Source: Octopus sinensis
Lineage: Eukaryota
Length of the DNA: 64,000 nt
NCBI RefSeq assembly: GCF_006345805.1
Contig: NC_042997.1
Coordinates: forward strand, 77,810,001 to 77,874,000
Direction of reading: 5' to 3'
Part shown: one piece after another, positions 36,759 to 48,713 of the stretch
Numbering within the stretch: position 1 is the stretch's first letter
Layout: each line of letters begins with the position of its first letter
Notes under the pieces: generated by a model
What the model saw: the letters and a program-made list of their open reading frames with translations, nothing else
Databases searched by the model: none
Told to the model about the DNA's origin: nothing
Translations under genes and position numbers: made by a program

Positions 36759-36856
36759 TTAAATTAATTTTGAAAATAATGAATTTAGTAAAATAACTTT
36801 GACATTATTAATTTAGTGTTTGGAACTCAGCATGTCATTTTAATGGAAAGTTTTAA

Positions 36857-37094
36857 CCCTTTAGTATTCAGATTATTCTGCCAAATGTAATACTTATTAA
36901 TTCATATAGTTCTGAATTAATCAAGCATTTGTTTTGAATTAAGCATTATGTTGCTGTTTTGAGATTTTGATGATGTGATTGTTCATGTTTAAAATGACAT
37001 TATAGGGTAGATGGGAGAGGCCAGATCTGGCCAGATTGAACACAAAACATGGGGAATCATTTGGCTGGATGTGGCTGGTTTAAATGCTAAAGGG
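36857..37094. mobile_element. piggyBac-type MITE, same family
   Basis: TTAA|CCCTTTAGTATTCA...TAAATGCTAAAGGG|TTAA. Confidence 0.88.
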
Positions 37095-37483
37095 TTAATT
37101 TAGATTGCTTTAAAACAGGAAGTTTGCATCACAAAATCAGGGGCAGTGTTGGACAGGTTGGTAATCAAGAGTTATTATACAAATACCTTTTGAATTAGTG
37201 TGTAGTTGTGAGGTTAGGCCGATATTTTACTTATCACAAAATCATTAGTTCATTTCTTATTGTAGTTATTTTGTTGTTTTTATGCAAGGTACTTTATTAT
37301 AAATATTTCAACTTGTCTAGTAAAAGCAAGACATCGCCATCATCTCAGAGGTTTATTATAAGTAGAGCATCATGTGACAAAGATTATATTTCTAACATTT
37401 CAAGTATATAAATAATATAAAACTTGAAAATTATCCAATGAAAACACGGAAAAATAAATGTAAATGATAATTGGTATAATTAG

Positions 37484-37801
37484 AGCTCTCGTCTGGCATT
37501 CGTCGCCAGCCTCGTCTGGCATTCGTCGCCAGCCTCGTCTGGCATTCGTCGCCAGCCTCGTCTGGCATTCGCCAGCCTCGTCTGGCATCGCCAGCCTCGT
37601 CTGGCACCTGTGTCGGTGGCACATAAAATCACCCACTACACTCTCGGAGTGGTTGGCGTTAGGAAGGGCATCCAGCTGTAGAAACACTGCCAGATCTGAC
37701 TGGCCTGGTGCAGCCTTCGGGCTCCCCAGACCCCAGTTGAACCGTCCAACCCATGCTAGCATGGAAAACGGACGCTAAATGATGATGATGATGATGATGA
37801 T
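37484..37801 (+). mobile_element. RTE 3'-end fragment with an array of 19-23-nt hairpin units and an (ATG)n tail
   Basis: GCCAGCCTCGTCTGGC at 37505, 37528, 37551, 37571 and 37590, followed by the shared RTE terminal sequence. Confidence 0.88.
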
Positions 37802-38076
37802 GGGTATTGAAATTATGACTGAAGTTAAAGTAAGCAGTTTCATATTATCTCAGCACTTGGATAGATTTGTTGTTGTTGTTGAGCTTTCAATCAGTTTTGA
37901 CTGAGCAGACCTATTATCAGAGGTGTCCTAAACACACTCATACTGTACTTTACATTACTCAATCATTGAGTATTTCAGATTATGTTTTCTACTTTATCCT
38001 TCTCTTTTGAAGACATTAGGGGTAACATTAGGGAGGTTAGGCTGATATGTGTATCAGCTTGAAAGACCATCTAGAG

Positions 38077-38251
38077 AAGTGCTCTGCAACTGGTATGCCA
38101 CAGCACGCTGGTGTCCCACATGATGATACTAGGTGTGCTGCAGTGTAACCTGAATATAATTTTTCCCCTATACTTTCAATTATACTTTTACTTCAGGTGT
38201 GCCACCAGATTTTGAAAAGAATATATGTGAAAAACAGGCTGTGGAGCACTG
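38077..38251. mobile_element. hAT (Charlie-like) MITE 1
   Basis: Imperfect TIRs AAGTGCTCTGCAAC / GGCTGTGGAGCACTG, flanked by ATCTAGAG at 38069-38076 and 38252-38259. Confidence 0.65.
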
Positions 38252-38259
38252 ATCTAGAG

Positions 38260-38855
38260 CAATGGTTCTCAACCAGGGTCCACTTGACTCATGGGGGTCT
38301 ATTTAAGATTTTGTTATTGAAGTTTATCTCATGATTCCGGGTTCAGTCCCACAGCATGGCACCTTGGGCAAGTGTCTTCTACTATAGCTTCGGGCTGATC
38401 AAAGCCTTGTGAGTGGATCTGGTAGGCAGAAACTGAAAAAAGCCCATTGTACATATATGTATGTGTCTGTGCTTTTCCTCTCCCCCATCGCTTGATAACT
38501 GATGTTGGTGTATTTACATCCCTGTAACTTAGCGGTTTGGCAAAAGAAACCAATAGAATAAGTACTAAGCTTACAAAAAATAAGTCCTGGGGTCAATTTG
38601 TATGACTAAAAGCAGTGCTCCAGCAAGGCTGCTGTCAAATGACTGAAGCAAGTAGAAGAGTAAAAGAATACAGTAAATTGGTTATATTTCTACAATACAC
38701 AAACTATTTCAAAATTTTAAATACAATTCCTTATAATATTTAACTAGAAAAATATAACTGAATTTTTTTTTTTTAAATTGAATGGGTATCAGGATCTAGT
38801 AGAGTTAAATAGGAATCAGAGAGATCCATAGGCAAAAAATGGTTGAGAAACACCA
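38260..38855. mobile_element. hAT (Charlie-like) MITE 2 with a nested SINE family 1 copy
   Basis: CAATGGTTCTCAACC...GGTTGAGAAACACCA, flanked by the 8-bp ATCTAGAG TSD at 38252-38259 and 38856-38863. Confidence 0.8.
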
Positions 38856-38932
38856 ATCTAGAGTCTCTCTTTTTGACTTGTCTACATTTCTTGATTCATA
38901 ATAGTAGGTTAAAAGTATACGTTTTATATATA

Positions 38933-39262
38933 TGTGGTGGTGGAACAATGTTGTTGACAGGGCTATTAGAGAAAAGAAACAGGCTTGGAAGGACTGGAAG
39001 AAGGGTTATAGCAGGGAATTGTATCAGACTGCCAGAAAGAAGACTAAGAGACAGGTTTATTTAGCCAGAGGGGAAGCAGGTAAGAAAAAATGTTCTGCAC
39101 TGTGAGGACCAAAGACTTGAGGTATTTCGTGTTGCAAGACAGTGTGTGAGAGAGTATCGTGATGTTGTAGGAGTGAAATGTGTCTACATGGATGATGGTT
39201 CTCCTGCACTAAATGAGGCTGCAAAGAGAGAGGTTTGGAGATGCCACTATGAAAGGTTGCTC
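38933..39262 (+). mobile_element. Older internal RTE fragment
   Basis: Diverged homolog of 39718-40052 (WWNNVVDRAIREKKQAWKDWK...). Confidence 0.85.
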
Positions 39263-39544
39263 CAGGAGGACACCTCCTCCAGCTGACTATAGACACACTT
39301 TCTGTGCCCTATCAGTATTTGCAAAGGGAAGCCATCCTTCCCGTCTTCCACTTATGATACACACGGACTCGAGTTTCAGAGTATTGACCTGTCATCGGCA
39401 TGTGACAATCACAGTTGTCGACAAGAAGTAGGTTCCCTTCAAAAATACATATACTTTTTCCAGTATCGATTGACACTGATATTGAAAAAGTGTAATCAAA
39501 CAATGATAAATCTCAGAGCGAGTTATAAACAGTAGCAGCAACAC

Positions 39545-42121
39545 TCTGCAAATGGACAGAGATTTAGAGACATGTTACTCGAAGCCTTTGACAAAATAGA
39601 AGGGGGTATAGCTACACATGGGGTAGAAGATAACTGGACGCTTCTAAGGGACAACCTGCTGAGACACTGACCAGATCTGTGGCTGGTGCAAAGTCCCCTC
39701 AAGACCCAAAATAACGTGGTGGTGGAACAATATTGTTGACAGGGCTATTAGACAAAAGAAACAGGCTTGGAAGGACTGGAAGAATGGTGGTAGCAGGGAA
39801 GTGTATCAGACTGCCAGAAGGGAAGCTAGGAGACAGGTGTATTTAGCCAGAGGGGAAGCAGATAAGAAAAAATTTGCCAATGTTCTGCGCCGTGAGGATG
39901 AAAGACTTGAGGTATTTCGTGTTGCAAGAGAGTGTGTGAGAGAGAATCATGACGTGGTAGGAGAGAAATGTGTTCGCAAGGACGACGGTTCACTTGTGCT
40001 AAATGAGGATGCAAAGAGAGAGGTATGGAGACGCCACTATGAAAGGTTGCTGAATGAGGAAAATGAATGGGATAAAGAGAGTCTGCCGAATGTCGACCCA
40101 ACAGAGAGACCAGCAATCCGAGTTGATAGTTCCTTAGTAGTTAAGGCAATTACAAGCATGAAAACAGGGAAAGCCCGTGGCCCATCAGGAATTACTGCAG
40201 AGATGCTCAAAATATCTGGTAGTGTTGGCTATAGCCTAGTCACCCGTATAGTTAACCAGGTGATACACGAAGGAGTCATACCCAATGACTGGTGTAGCAG
40301 CATAATAGTCAACTGCTACAAAGGTAAAGGAGACACTCTAGATACAAATAACTACAGGGGTATCAAGCTGCTGGATCAGGTAATGAAGGTCACGGAGAGG
40401 GTAATAGCCTAACTAATTAGAGAGAGAGTTAGCTTAGATGAGATGCAGTTTGGGTTCGTGCCAGGGAAAAGTACTACTAATGCTATATTCCTGGTAAGAC
40501 AGCTGCAGGAGAAATACCTAGCCAAAGATAAGCCCCTGATAAGTTTCAGGTGTGGAAGCAAGGTTTAAAATCGAAGGGCCTTAGAATCAACCTAGCCAAA
40601 ACCAAAGTCCTAATAAGTAGGAAGGTAGACCAATCACAAACGCCTTCAGGTAGATGGCCCTGCTCGATCTGTAAAAAAGGCGTAGGTAGAAACTCTATAA
40701 GGTGCACCAAGTGTAAGCTATGGACACATAAGAGGTGTAGCAATGTCAACGGAAGGCTAACTAGGAAAATAGTTTTTATCTGTAGCAGCTGCTCAGGAGC
40801 AATAAACACTGAAAATGTGCAGAGACCAACTTCTACCAAGTTCCAGGGAGAAAAACTAGAAGTAGTTGATAGCTTCCGCTACCTAGGTGATCAAGTCAGT
40901 AGCGGGGGTGGGTGTGCTGAAAGTGTAACTGCTAGAGTAAGAATAGCCTGGGCAAAGTTTAGAGAGCTCCTACCCCTGCTGGTGACAAAAGGCCTCTCGC
41001 TCAGAGTAAAAGGCAGACTGTATGATGCATGTGTATGTACAGCCATGCTACATGGCAGTGAAACATGGGCTGTGATTGCTGAGAATATGCGTAAGCTCGC
41101 AAGAAATGAAGCCAGTATGCTCCGATGGATATGTAATGTCAGTGTTCATAATCAACAGAGTGTAAGTACCTTGAGAGAAAAGTTGGACCTAAGAAGCATC
41201 AGTTGTGGTGTGCAAGAGAGACGTTTGCACTGGTATGGTCATGTGACGAGAATGGCTGAAGATAGTTGTGTGCAAAAGTGCCACACACTAGCAGTTGAGG
41301 GAACCTGTGGAAGAGGTAGACCCAGGAAAACCTGGGACGAGGTGGTGAAGCACGAACTTCGAACTTTAGGTCTCACTAAGGAAATGACTAGAGACCAAGA
41401 CCTATGGAAGCATGCTGTGCGTGAGAAGACCCGGCAAGACTAGTGAGACCATAACCTGTGGCCTACATACCTTTCCTTCTTGGGACACAAAACTCCACTT
41501 GTGAAGACCTGTTGAGGCAAGTGAAAATCAAAATCAAACCAAATCGAATCCGATATCAGAAAGCAGAACCAAAATCAAAGTCGATCAACATCAATGGAAA
41601 TTGCAGCTGTGGTACCAGTGCCAGTGACAAGTAAGCGAACAATCCGATCATGGCCGTTGACAGCGCCGCCCCAACTGGCCTCTGTGCCGGTGGCACATAA
41701 AAGCACCATCCGTTCGTGTCCGTTGCCAGCCTCGCCTGGCCCCCGTGCAAGTGGCACATAGCACCATCCGTTCGTCGCCGTTGCCAGCCTCGCCTGGCCC
41801 CCGTGCGGGTGGCACGTAAAAGCACCATCTGTTTGTGGCCGTTGCCAGCCTCGTCTGGCCCCCGTGCCGGTGGCACGTAAAAAGCACCCACTACACTCAG
41901 TGGCCGTTTGCCAGCTCCGTCTGGCACCTGTGCGGGTGGCACGTAAAAAGCACCCACTACACTCACAGAGTGGTTGGTGTTAGGAAGGGCATCCAGCCGT
42001 AGAAACACTGCCAGATCAGACTGGGCCTGATGCAGCCTTCTGGCTTCACAGACCCCAGTTGAACCGTCTAATCCATGCTAGCATGGAAAGCGGATGCTAA
42101 ATGATGATGATGATGATGATG
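39545..42121 (+). mobile_element. RTE LINE, 5'-truncated, with the RT core deleted; full 3'UTR and (ATG)n tail
   Basis: ORFs 39801-40412 and 40550-41443 (NYRGIKLLDQVMK, YLGDQ, YGSETW, RRL.WYGH, RGRPRKTW). A junction at about 40538 lacks the segment FVDMEKAFD..YADD. Confidence 0.93.
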
Positions 42122-42129
42122 ATATATAT

Positions 42130-42179
<50 letters not shown>

Positions 42180-42195
42180 TATATATATACATGTA

Positions 42196-43804
42196 TCTCT
42201 CTATATATAAAACTAAGAATGTCTGTCTGTGTGTTTCCCTAAAACTTGAGAACTACACAACCAATTTCATTCAAATTTTACACATGCCTTACTTAGGGTC
42301 CATGTAGTTTCATGGGTAAAAAAATGTTCAACTTCTCCCTTAGGGCGAGCCCATAGCAATATCATATCTTCTCCACTATTTCAGTATTATGTGTTAAAAG
42401 TGAAACAAAAACATTTCTCTATTTTATGTCAGATACTTTCACTTTAACAATAAAAATTAGAGATAATAATAACAATTAAATTATATGTAGTAAGTAATTA
42501 TTAAAATCAAACTAAAGTATAATATAATAATTAAATCGTAACATAACAATTAAAAGTAAAAATAGCAATTGGTATAAAATTGCATCAATGACTTGAACTT
42601 GAATAAGTGGTTTCACATGAATGGGAATAAATTAAAAATAAAATTAGCGTGCAGAAATGGAATAGTCCAGATGGAGCTGTGCATGTACCGTTTACCACAG
42701 CTTTTACATTAGATTATCTGCTAATTAGCTAGCATTAAGTATCTATATGAAGTTTGGCTGTATGTAATGTCTGTTTTCTCGAACAGCTGCTCCTACTGAG
42801 TATTGCTGTTGGTTTATCTCTTATACATAAAGGACTATAGCTTCAACTGCGTACTGCTTTTTGATTCACCGTAAGGTTTGTTGTTATTATTATTACTGTT
42901 TATCTATTGTTATCACGTTTGTTGGTTCCTCGTAAGGGAAACGTTGTTGTGTTGCATTTGTTAAATAATTGTAAACTATAACCCTCCTCCTTTGGGAGAA
43001 GGAGCTTTGGTTATTGTTTAAAAATTGAATTGTGTCCCTGTTTGGGGAAATTGACAATATTTTTACCGTTTACACGGAAGCATTTTTATTAAAATGCCTT
43101 CAATAGAAGAAAGTCCAAAAATGAATTTTGCTGCAGCCGTCGGCGGGTGCGAACTCATTAAAATTAAAATGGAAGAAATGCCAACCTATTTTGGATTGAT
43201 CACTGACAAAGATGGTGAATCTAGGATAACACCACCAAACGAAATAAAAAATTAAATTAAAGAAAAGACTATTGTCTATAAAGTATACAATGTAGAGAAA
43301 AAAAGATTTGAACACCTGGAGGAAAGCACCATCGAAAAGTGTCTTGGTGCGACTATGAAAGATATCAAGTATCTAACCAGAGGCGGTAAATTCGCCACAA
43401 TAGAAGCAAGGTTTGAGTCAACGGAGCGTGCAAGGGAGTACTCGACTCGAACCTTGCAAAGTGGAAATATTTCATTTTTACCTTTATATCTGGGACGTAG
43501 GACGTCCTGGATAAAAATTTTAAATGTCCCCCCAGAAGCAGAGGTAGGCTGGATTGTAGCCACACTTCTATACAAGAGGGAGGACAAGATACAATTGATC
43601 GAAATTGCAAGAGACGGGCCTACAATTCCAGTCTGTTATATATTTTGAGTATTGTTATCACTAGCTGTATCAAGGTATAACTTTGTATTTTGTATTTTAT
43701 GTGTAGATGTATATATATAGATGTACATGTAATATGTACACATATATATACGCATATATACATGCACTAGCACTAGACCCGGCAATGACGGGTCATAATG
43801 CTAG
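42196..43804 (+). mobile_element. Non-autonomous Helitron with both termini, carrying an L1 5' fragment
   Basis: A|TCTCTCTATATATAAAAC start; GACCCG-GCAATGA-CGGGTC hairpin at 43776-43794, then CTAG|T at 43801-43804. Confidence 0.75.
43094..43620 (+). pseudogene. Tx1/L1-like ORF1 N-terminal half, with one premature stop and a 3' truncation
   Basis: MPSIEESPKMNFAAAVGG...KTIVYKVYNVEKKRFEHLEESTIEKCLG..MKDIKYLTRGGKFATIEARFES....LPLYLGRRTSWIKILNVPPE. The family call is from recalled similarity to LINE ORF1s. Confidence 0.6.
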
Positions 43805-43892
43805 TATATATATATATATATACATGTTTATTTATACATATGTATATACATGTTTGTGTATAAGTGTGTGTATAAATATATGTATATATATC

Positions 43893-44640
43893 ATCATCAT
43901 CATCATCGTTTAACGTCCTTTTTCCGTGCTAGCACAGGTTGGACGGTTCGACCGGGGTCTGGGAAGCCAGGAGGCTGCACCAGGCTGCAGTCTGATCTGG
44001 CAGTGTTTCTACAGCTGGATACCCTTCCTAATGCCAACCACTCCGTGAGTGTAGTGGGTGCTTTTTATGTGCCACTGGCACAGGTGCCAGGGGAGGCTGG
44101 CAGCGGTCATGATCGGATTGTTGCTTTTTACATGCCACCGGCACAGAAGCCAGTCAAGGTGGCGTTGGCATCAGCCACGTTCGGATGGTGCTTTATACGT
44201 GCCACCAGCACGGAAGCCGGTGAAGGCGGCGCTGGCATCGGCCACGTTCGGATGGTGCTTTTTACATGCCACCAGCACAGAAGCCGGTCAAGGTGGCGCT
44301 GGCATTGTCCACGTTTGGATGGTGCTTTTTATGTGCCACCAGCACAGGTATCACAACTACAATTTCCATTTGATATTTATTTTGATGTTGATGTACTTGA
44401 CTCAATAGGTTTCCTCAAGCACAGCAGGTCGTGTGCACCGGCACAGAAGCCAGTCAAGGCAACGCTGGCATCGGCCACGTTCGGATGGTGCTTTTTATGT
44501 GCTGCCGGCACAGGTATCGCATAACTACAATTTCCATTTGATATTTGTTTTGATACTGATATTGATGTACTTGACTCAATAGGTCTCCTCAAGCACAGCA
44601 GGTCACCTTACAATCCAAGGTAAGCACAGCAGGTCGTTCT
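43893..44640 (-). mobile_element. RTE 3'UTR fragment with about 60-bp tandem units and an internal duplication
   Basis: (CAT)n tail at 43891-43906, the shared terminal sequence, and repeated GGATGGTGCTTTT..GTGCCACC.GCAC units. Confidence 0.85.
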
Positions 44641-46819
44641 GCAATCCAGGTACTTTGGATGGGCTGGGGCTATGTTTAACTGGTGGAGGAAGCAGCCCGG
44701 GTCTTTGCAGTCACAGCATATATCCAGAGATCTTGGTCTTTCGTCATTGCCTATGTATATATATATATTTATATATATGTATATATATATATTCATATAT
44801 GTATGTGTGTATATATATATATATGTATGCATGTATATACATATGTGTGTGTGCGTGTGTGTTTCTGTGTTTACATCCCCACCATCACTTCACAACCGAT
44901 GTTGCTGTGTTTGGCAACTTAGCTGTTTGGCAAAACAAACCAATAGAATAAGTACTAGGCTTACAAAGAATAAATCCTGAGGTCAATTTCTTCGAGTAAA
45001 GGCGGTGTCCCAGCATGGCTGCAATCACATGACTGAAACAAGTAAAACAATAAAAAACTATGCTATTTTAATCCCGAGCAATGCCAGGTATCTCTGCTAG
45101 TTTGTATATATAATTTTTGACATGGTTTTAATAGAGGGATTCCCTTCCAAACACCAAACATTTTACAGTGTGTATATGCTACATTTTTATTGTGACACTA
45201 GAGAGTAAATAATGTCCTTGGCTAAACTAAAGGGGTCATGTTAAGTTTATGTTGTCATTACCCCCTCATTAACCAACTTGCATAATGTTCTGGTGCTATT
45301 TTATCATGATGTTAGCACTAGTAAAGTAACCTTGGGCTCCACAATGCTAAAGAGTTCCCAATTCTCTACACTGTCTCTGTTCATTCGAGAGTGAACAGAA
45401 AAGGAAGCAGTGATAGAAGAACCAAGGTGAGTAGGTAAAAGGGGGAGCATGAAAGGAAAAACAAAATCATTGAAGTAAAAGAAAGGAATAATTGAAGAAA
45501 CACAGTGATGACAGCTACATGTTTGCTAATATGAGAAAGAGATAGTAAGTGAGGAATAGTAACAGAGACTGGAAATGGCAGAGAAAGTCAGAGATGTCAA
45601 CAATGAGCTGCTTGAAAAAAAATGGGTGATGATTAGTTGCACAGGAAAAATTACTATATTAGATATGAACAGGTCTGATGTTACTCTCTCATAGGTGTGT
45701 TGATGGGAGAGAGAAGTAGTGATAAGGACAGGTGGATATAAATTACAGAATAGGAGAGAAGGTGAGTATTAGAGAGATGAGAGGATTGGGCAGAGCTAAC
45801 ATGGGCAGCGTGATTCAGATGATAGGGGAAATTCACTGTGATCTTTAGATGCACAGATAACATTGTATGGTGAATAGGACAGGAGGTGAGTGGAAAAGAG
45901 GTAAGGTATTAAGGAAGCAGTTATGGGGGATGGAGGTTGAAGAAAGACACACTAAGTGGAAGACCCAAATGTAGATGTACTATACATCATCATCATATGT
46001 CCATCAAAACCACCTAAGAAGCTTTTAGCTGTAGAAATTTGTCTGAAATGATTTCAAGTTAGATTAGTATTGAGTATGAGTCAGGAAGTATATTTAAAGG
46101 TTCTTTACAAATAGATTTCCATTTTGATACAGGGCATACCTTTTATCTCAACTTTTGTTTCTGACCAATATTTTAATCAGTATTCATATTTTTTTAAAGT
46201 CTGAAGAGAATTGCTTCATATACAAAGTACAGTCTTAAAGTGGGTTAAATTCAATGTATAGGAGATGGAAAAGAAACAGAAAGAGATAGAAGAAGGAAAG
46301 AAAATGACAAGTGTAAGACCAATAACTCAATTGAAAGTAGATAGTTAATTCAAGCATCAATAACATACAATATTTCTCATAATTACACGAATTGTTTATG
46401 GAAGGAGGAAAATTCCTGGCATAATACCATTAGAAATTATTCCGTTGGCATCACTTCATCTGTATAGATGATGCCAAATTTCTGGTAGACCCTGGAGTGG
46501 GAAAGAAAAAAATTAATTCAAAGAAACAGAAAATATCAGTTGTAATCAGGTGATATGAAATTATTAGATATAGAAGAAATGCCAATTATTTGTGTATTAC
46601 ATTGTATTCATAAGTTATCAGTAACATATGTTTTCCAGGATGTGGGTCAATATTCTTCAGTTCTCAAAACTTCAAAAGTAACTAGTTTCAACTTCTTTTG
46701 AAAAGGGACAAAATTTGGCATTGTGATGTTATCAAGTACCTGCAGAAAAAGAGCTTAGCCCTCTCCTCCCCCAGGAAATTCATGCTGTGTTATTGATTAT
46801 CTTCAAAAGAGTCACACCA

Positions 46820-47273
46820 TCAATGGAGGGTACTATATCAACTTGCTGTGGCAGTTATGAAAGGCTATCAAAACCAAAGACCAAGGAAAACTGATGAAAG
46901 GGGTTTTGTTTCATCAGGACAATGCTCTAGCACACAAGTCCTTCATTTCAATGGCTGCTGTGCATGACTGTGGCTTTGAACTAGTTGATCACCCTCCCTA
47001 TTCTCCTGATTTGGTCCCATATGACTATCATCTGTTCCCTAATCTGAGAAAATCTTTGGTTGGGAACCAGTATTGCAGTGATGATGACATCATATCTGCA
47101 GTTGATGACTTTTTTGACCAACTGGATGAAATCTTCACCAATGGAATCCAAGAACTGTAACACTGATGGAAGAAGTATGTGAACCATAAGGGGGACAAGG
47201 TTGAAAAACCTCATTTGGTCACATTCCATAAGAGTATCTTGGTCAGCCTATGAACTTTTCAGCCAACCCTTGT
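46820..47273 (+). mobile_element. mariner (DD34D) transposase 3' fragment with right TIR
   Basis: LFHQDNALAH...HPPYSPDLVPYDYHLF; ends CTATGAACTTTTCAGCCAACCCTTGT. Confidence 0.9.
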
Positions 47274-47569
47274 CTTGTTGGTGTTGTTATTTAACCCATA
47301 GTCAGATTTAATGAAGCAGATATAACCAAAACCATGATCATATGATTGTAGCCATTACCTACCTGTCTGTGTTATATAGCACTTATTTGGGAATTTCATT
47401 CATGTGGGCATTTGAATTCATACATTACAGTGGAGACAACAAAAATCCTCCAAATGGTGGGATATATTTAGATTATCCACTTACTTATGAAAAGAGAAAA
47501 TACATCTTCAAAGATAAATCATATATATGTAGATGTCTTTTTTATTTCAAACTTTAACAAAGATACACT

Positions 47570-47721
47570 ATTTACATTATTTACAATTGATGGATATTTG
47601 TCCTCATCTTGTTTATTGTTAACACAACATTTTGGCTGATATACCCTCCAGCCTTCATCAGGTGTCGTGGGGAAATTTCAAAGCTGGTTTCTCATTCCTA
47701 AGGTTTTTTTGGATGTTGTTG

Positions 47722-47752
<31 letters not shown>

Positions 47753-47869
47753 AATTATTATTCAGGTCACTGCCTGGAATCGAACTTGGAATCTTGCCCA
47801 TGGGCATATAGTGTAGTGGTTAAGAGTACGGGCTTCTAACCCCAAAATTCCGTTTCGATTCCAGGCAGA

Positions 47870-47908
<39 letters not shown>

Positions 47909-47950
47909 CAACAACATTGAAAAAAATCCTTTGGAATGAGAACGCAGGTT
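47570..47950. mobile_element. Head-to-head pair of a tRNA-headed, (AAT)n-containing SINE; the left (minus) copy ends in a hammerhead motif
   Basis: A-box TAGTGTAGTGG at 47809-47819 and B-box GTTTCGATTCC at 47852-47862. The arms are inverted around the palindrome TGCCCATGGGCA at 47795-47806. Confidence 0.8.
47621..47666 (-). ncRNA. Minimal hammerhead ribozyme relic (two CpG-type mutations in this copy)
   Basis: GACAC-CUGAUGA-A-GGCUG-GAGGGUAUAU-CAGCC-AAAAUGUU-GUGUU. Stems I and II pair. The expected GAAACGUU reads AAAAUGUU. Confidence 0.7.
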
Positions 47951-48665
47951 CTCATAAGGAGCATCATCCTTATAAATAGCAAAATATACACCAGGAAAAA
48001 CTTTTCCTAATGTACCAAGCAGGAATAGCCCAATGAGATCTCATATGCCTGCTCCATCATATGACCTCATGCTTACATTGAAAGAACCCTCTGTGTCAGC
48101 TGTCTTAACCCATTCTGTGTTCTTGCTGAAGAGTAAGGTCTTTCTAGCATGGAGGATTATATCCTTATCTTGTGTATTAATCTCTGCTTGCGAAAGTGAG
48201 GGCTTTATCTAGCAGTTTTCTAGAAATAGATGCATAGAAATCTACAATATCAAATTGGTGTAAATCTTGCTTTATTCTTATTTCTAATTGCTTTAAACCA
48301 GCTAACAACTTCTATGCTATTGGACCATTGTACTAAATTAGTTGCTCCTCTAACTTTAGCATTGATTAAAATTCTTTACCAATTATATCAATTTCTGATT
48401 TTGCATTGTTAATTAGTCAGCAGTTAGGATTAGATAGGAAGTTGTTTTTATGGTCCTTAATAGTTATAAGGGCCTCTGTTTTTTGAAGGATCTTGGTGAG
48501 TGTGAATGTATGCCTGTATGAGTTTATTTTATTTTTTATCTTTATTTTATCTAGTTTCAGCTCACAAGCTGTGGCCATGCTGGGGCACCGCCATTTTGCT
48601 GGGGCACTGCCATGTTCATGTGCATGTATGCGTATATGAGGTGAAGTTGCATGCATATATACGTG

Positions 48666-48713
<48 letters not shown>

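Noticed and set aside
37488-37610. CRISPR-like look (palindromic repeats with short spacers)
   Set aside because: Spacers are identical or deletion variants, units are too short, the context is a eukaryotic LINE 3'UTR, and there are no cas genes.
47802-47873. A functional tRNA gene
   Set aside because: A and B boxes are present, but acceptor and anticodon stems do not pair properly. It is a SINE head followed by (AAT)n.
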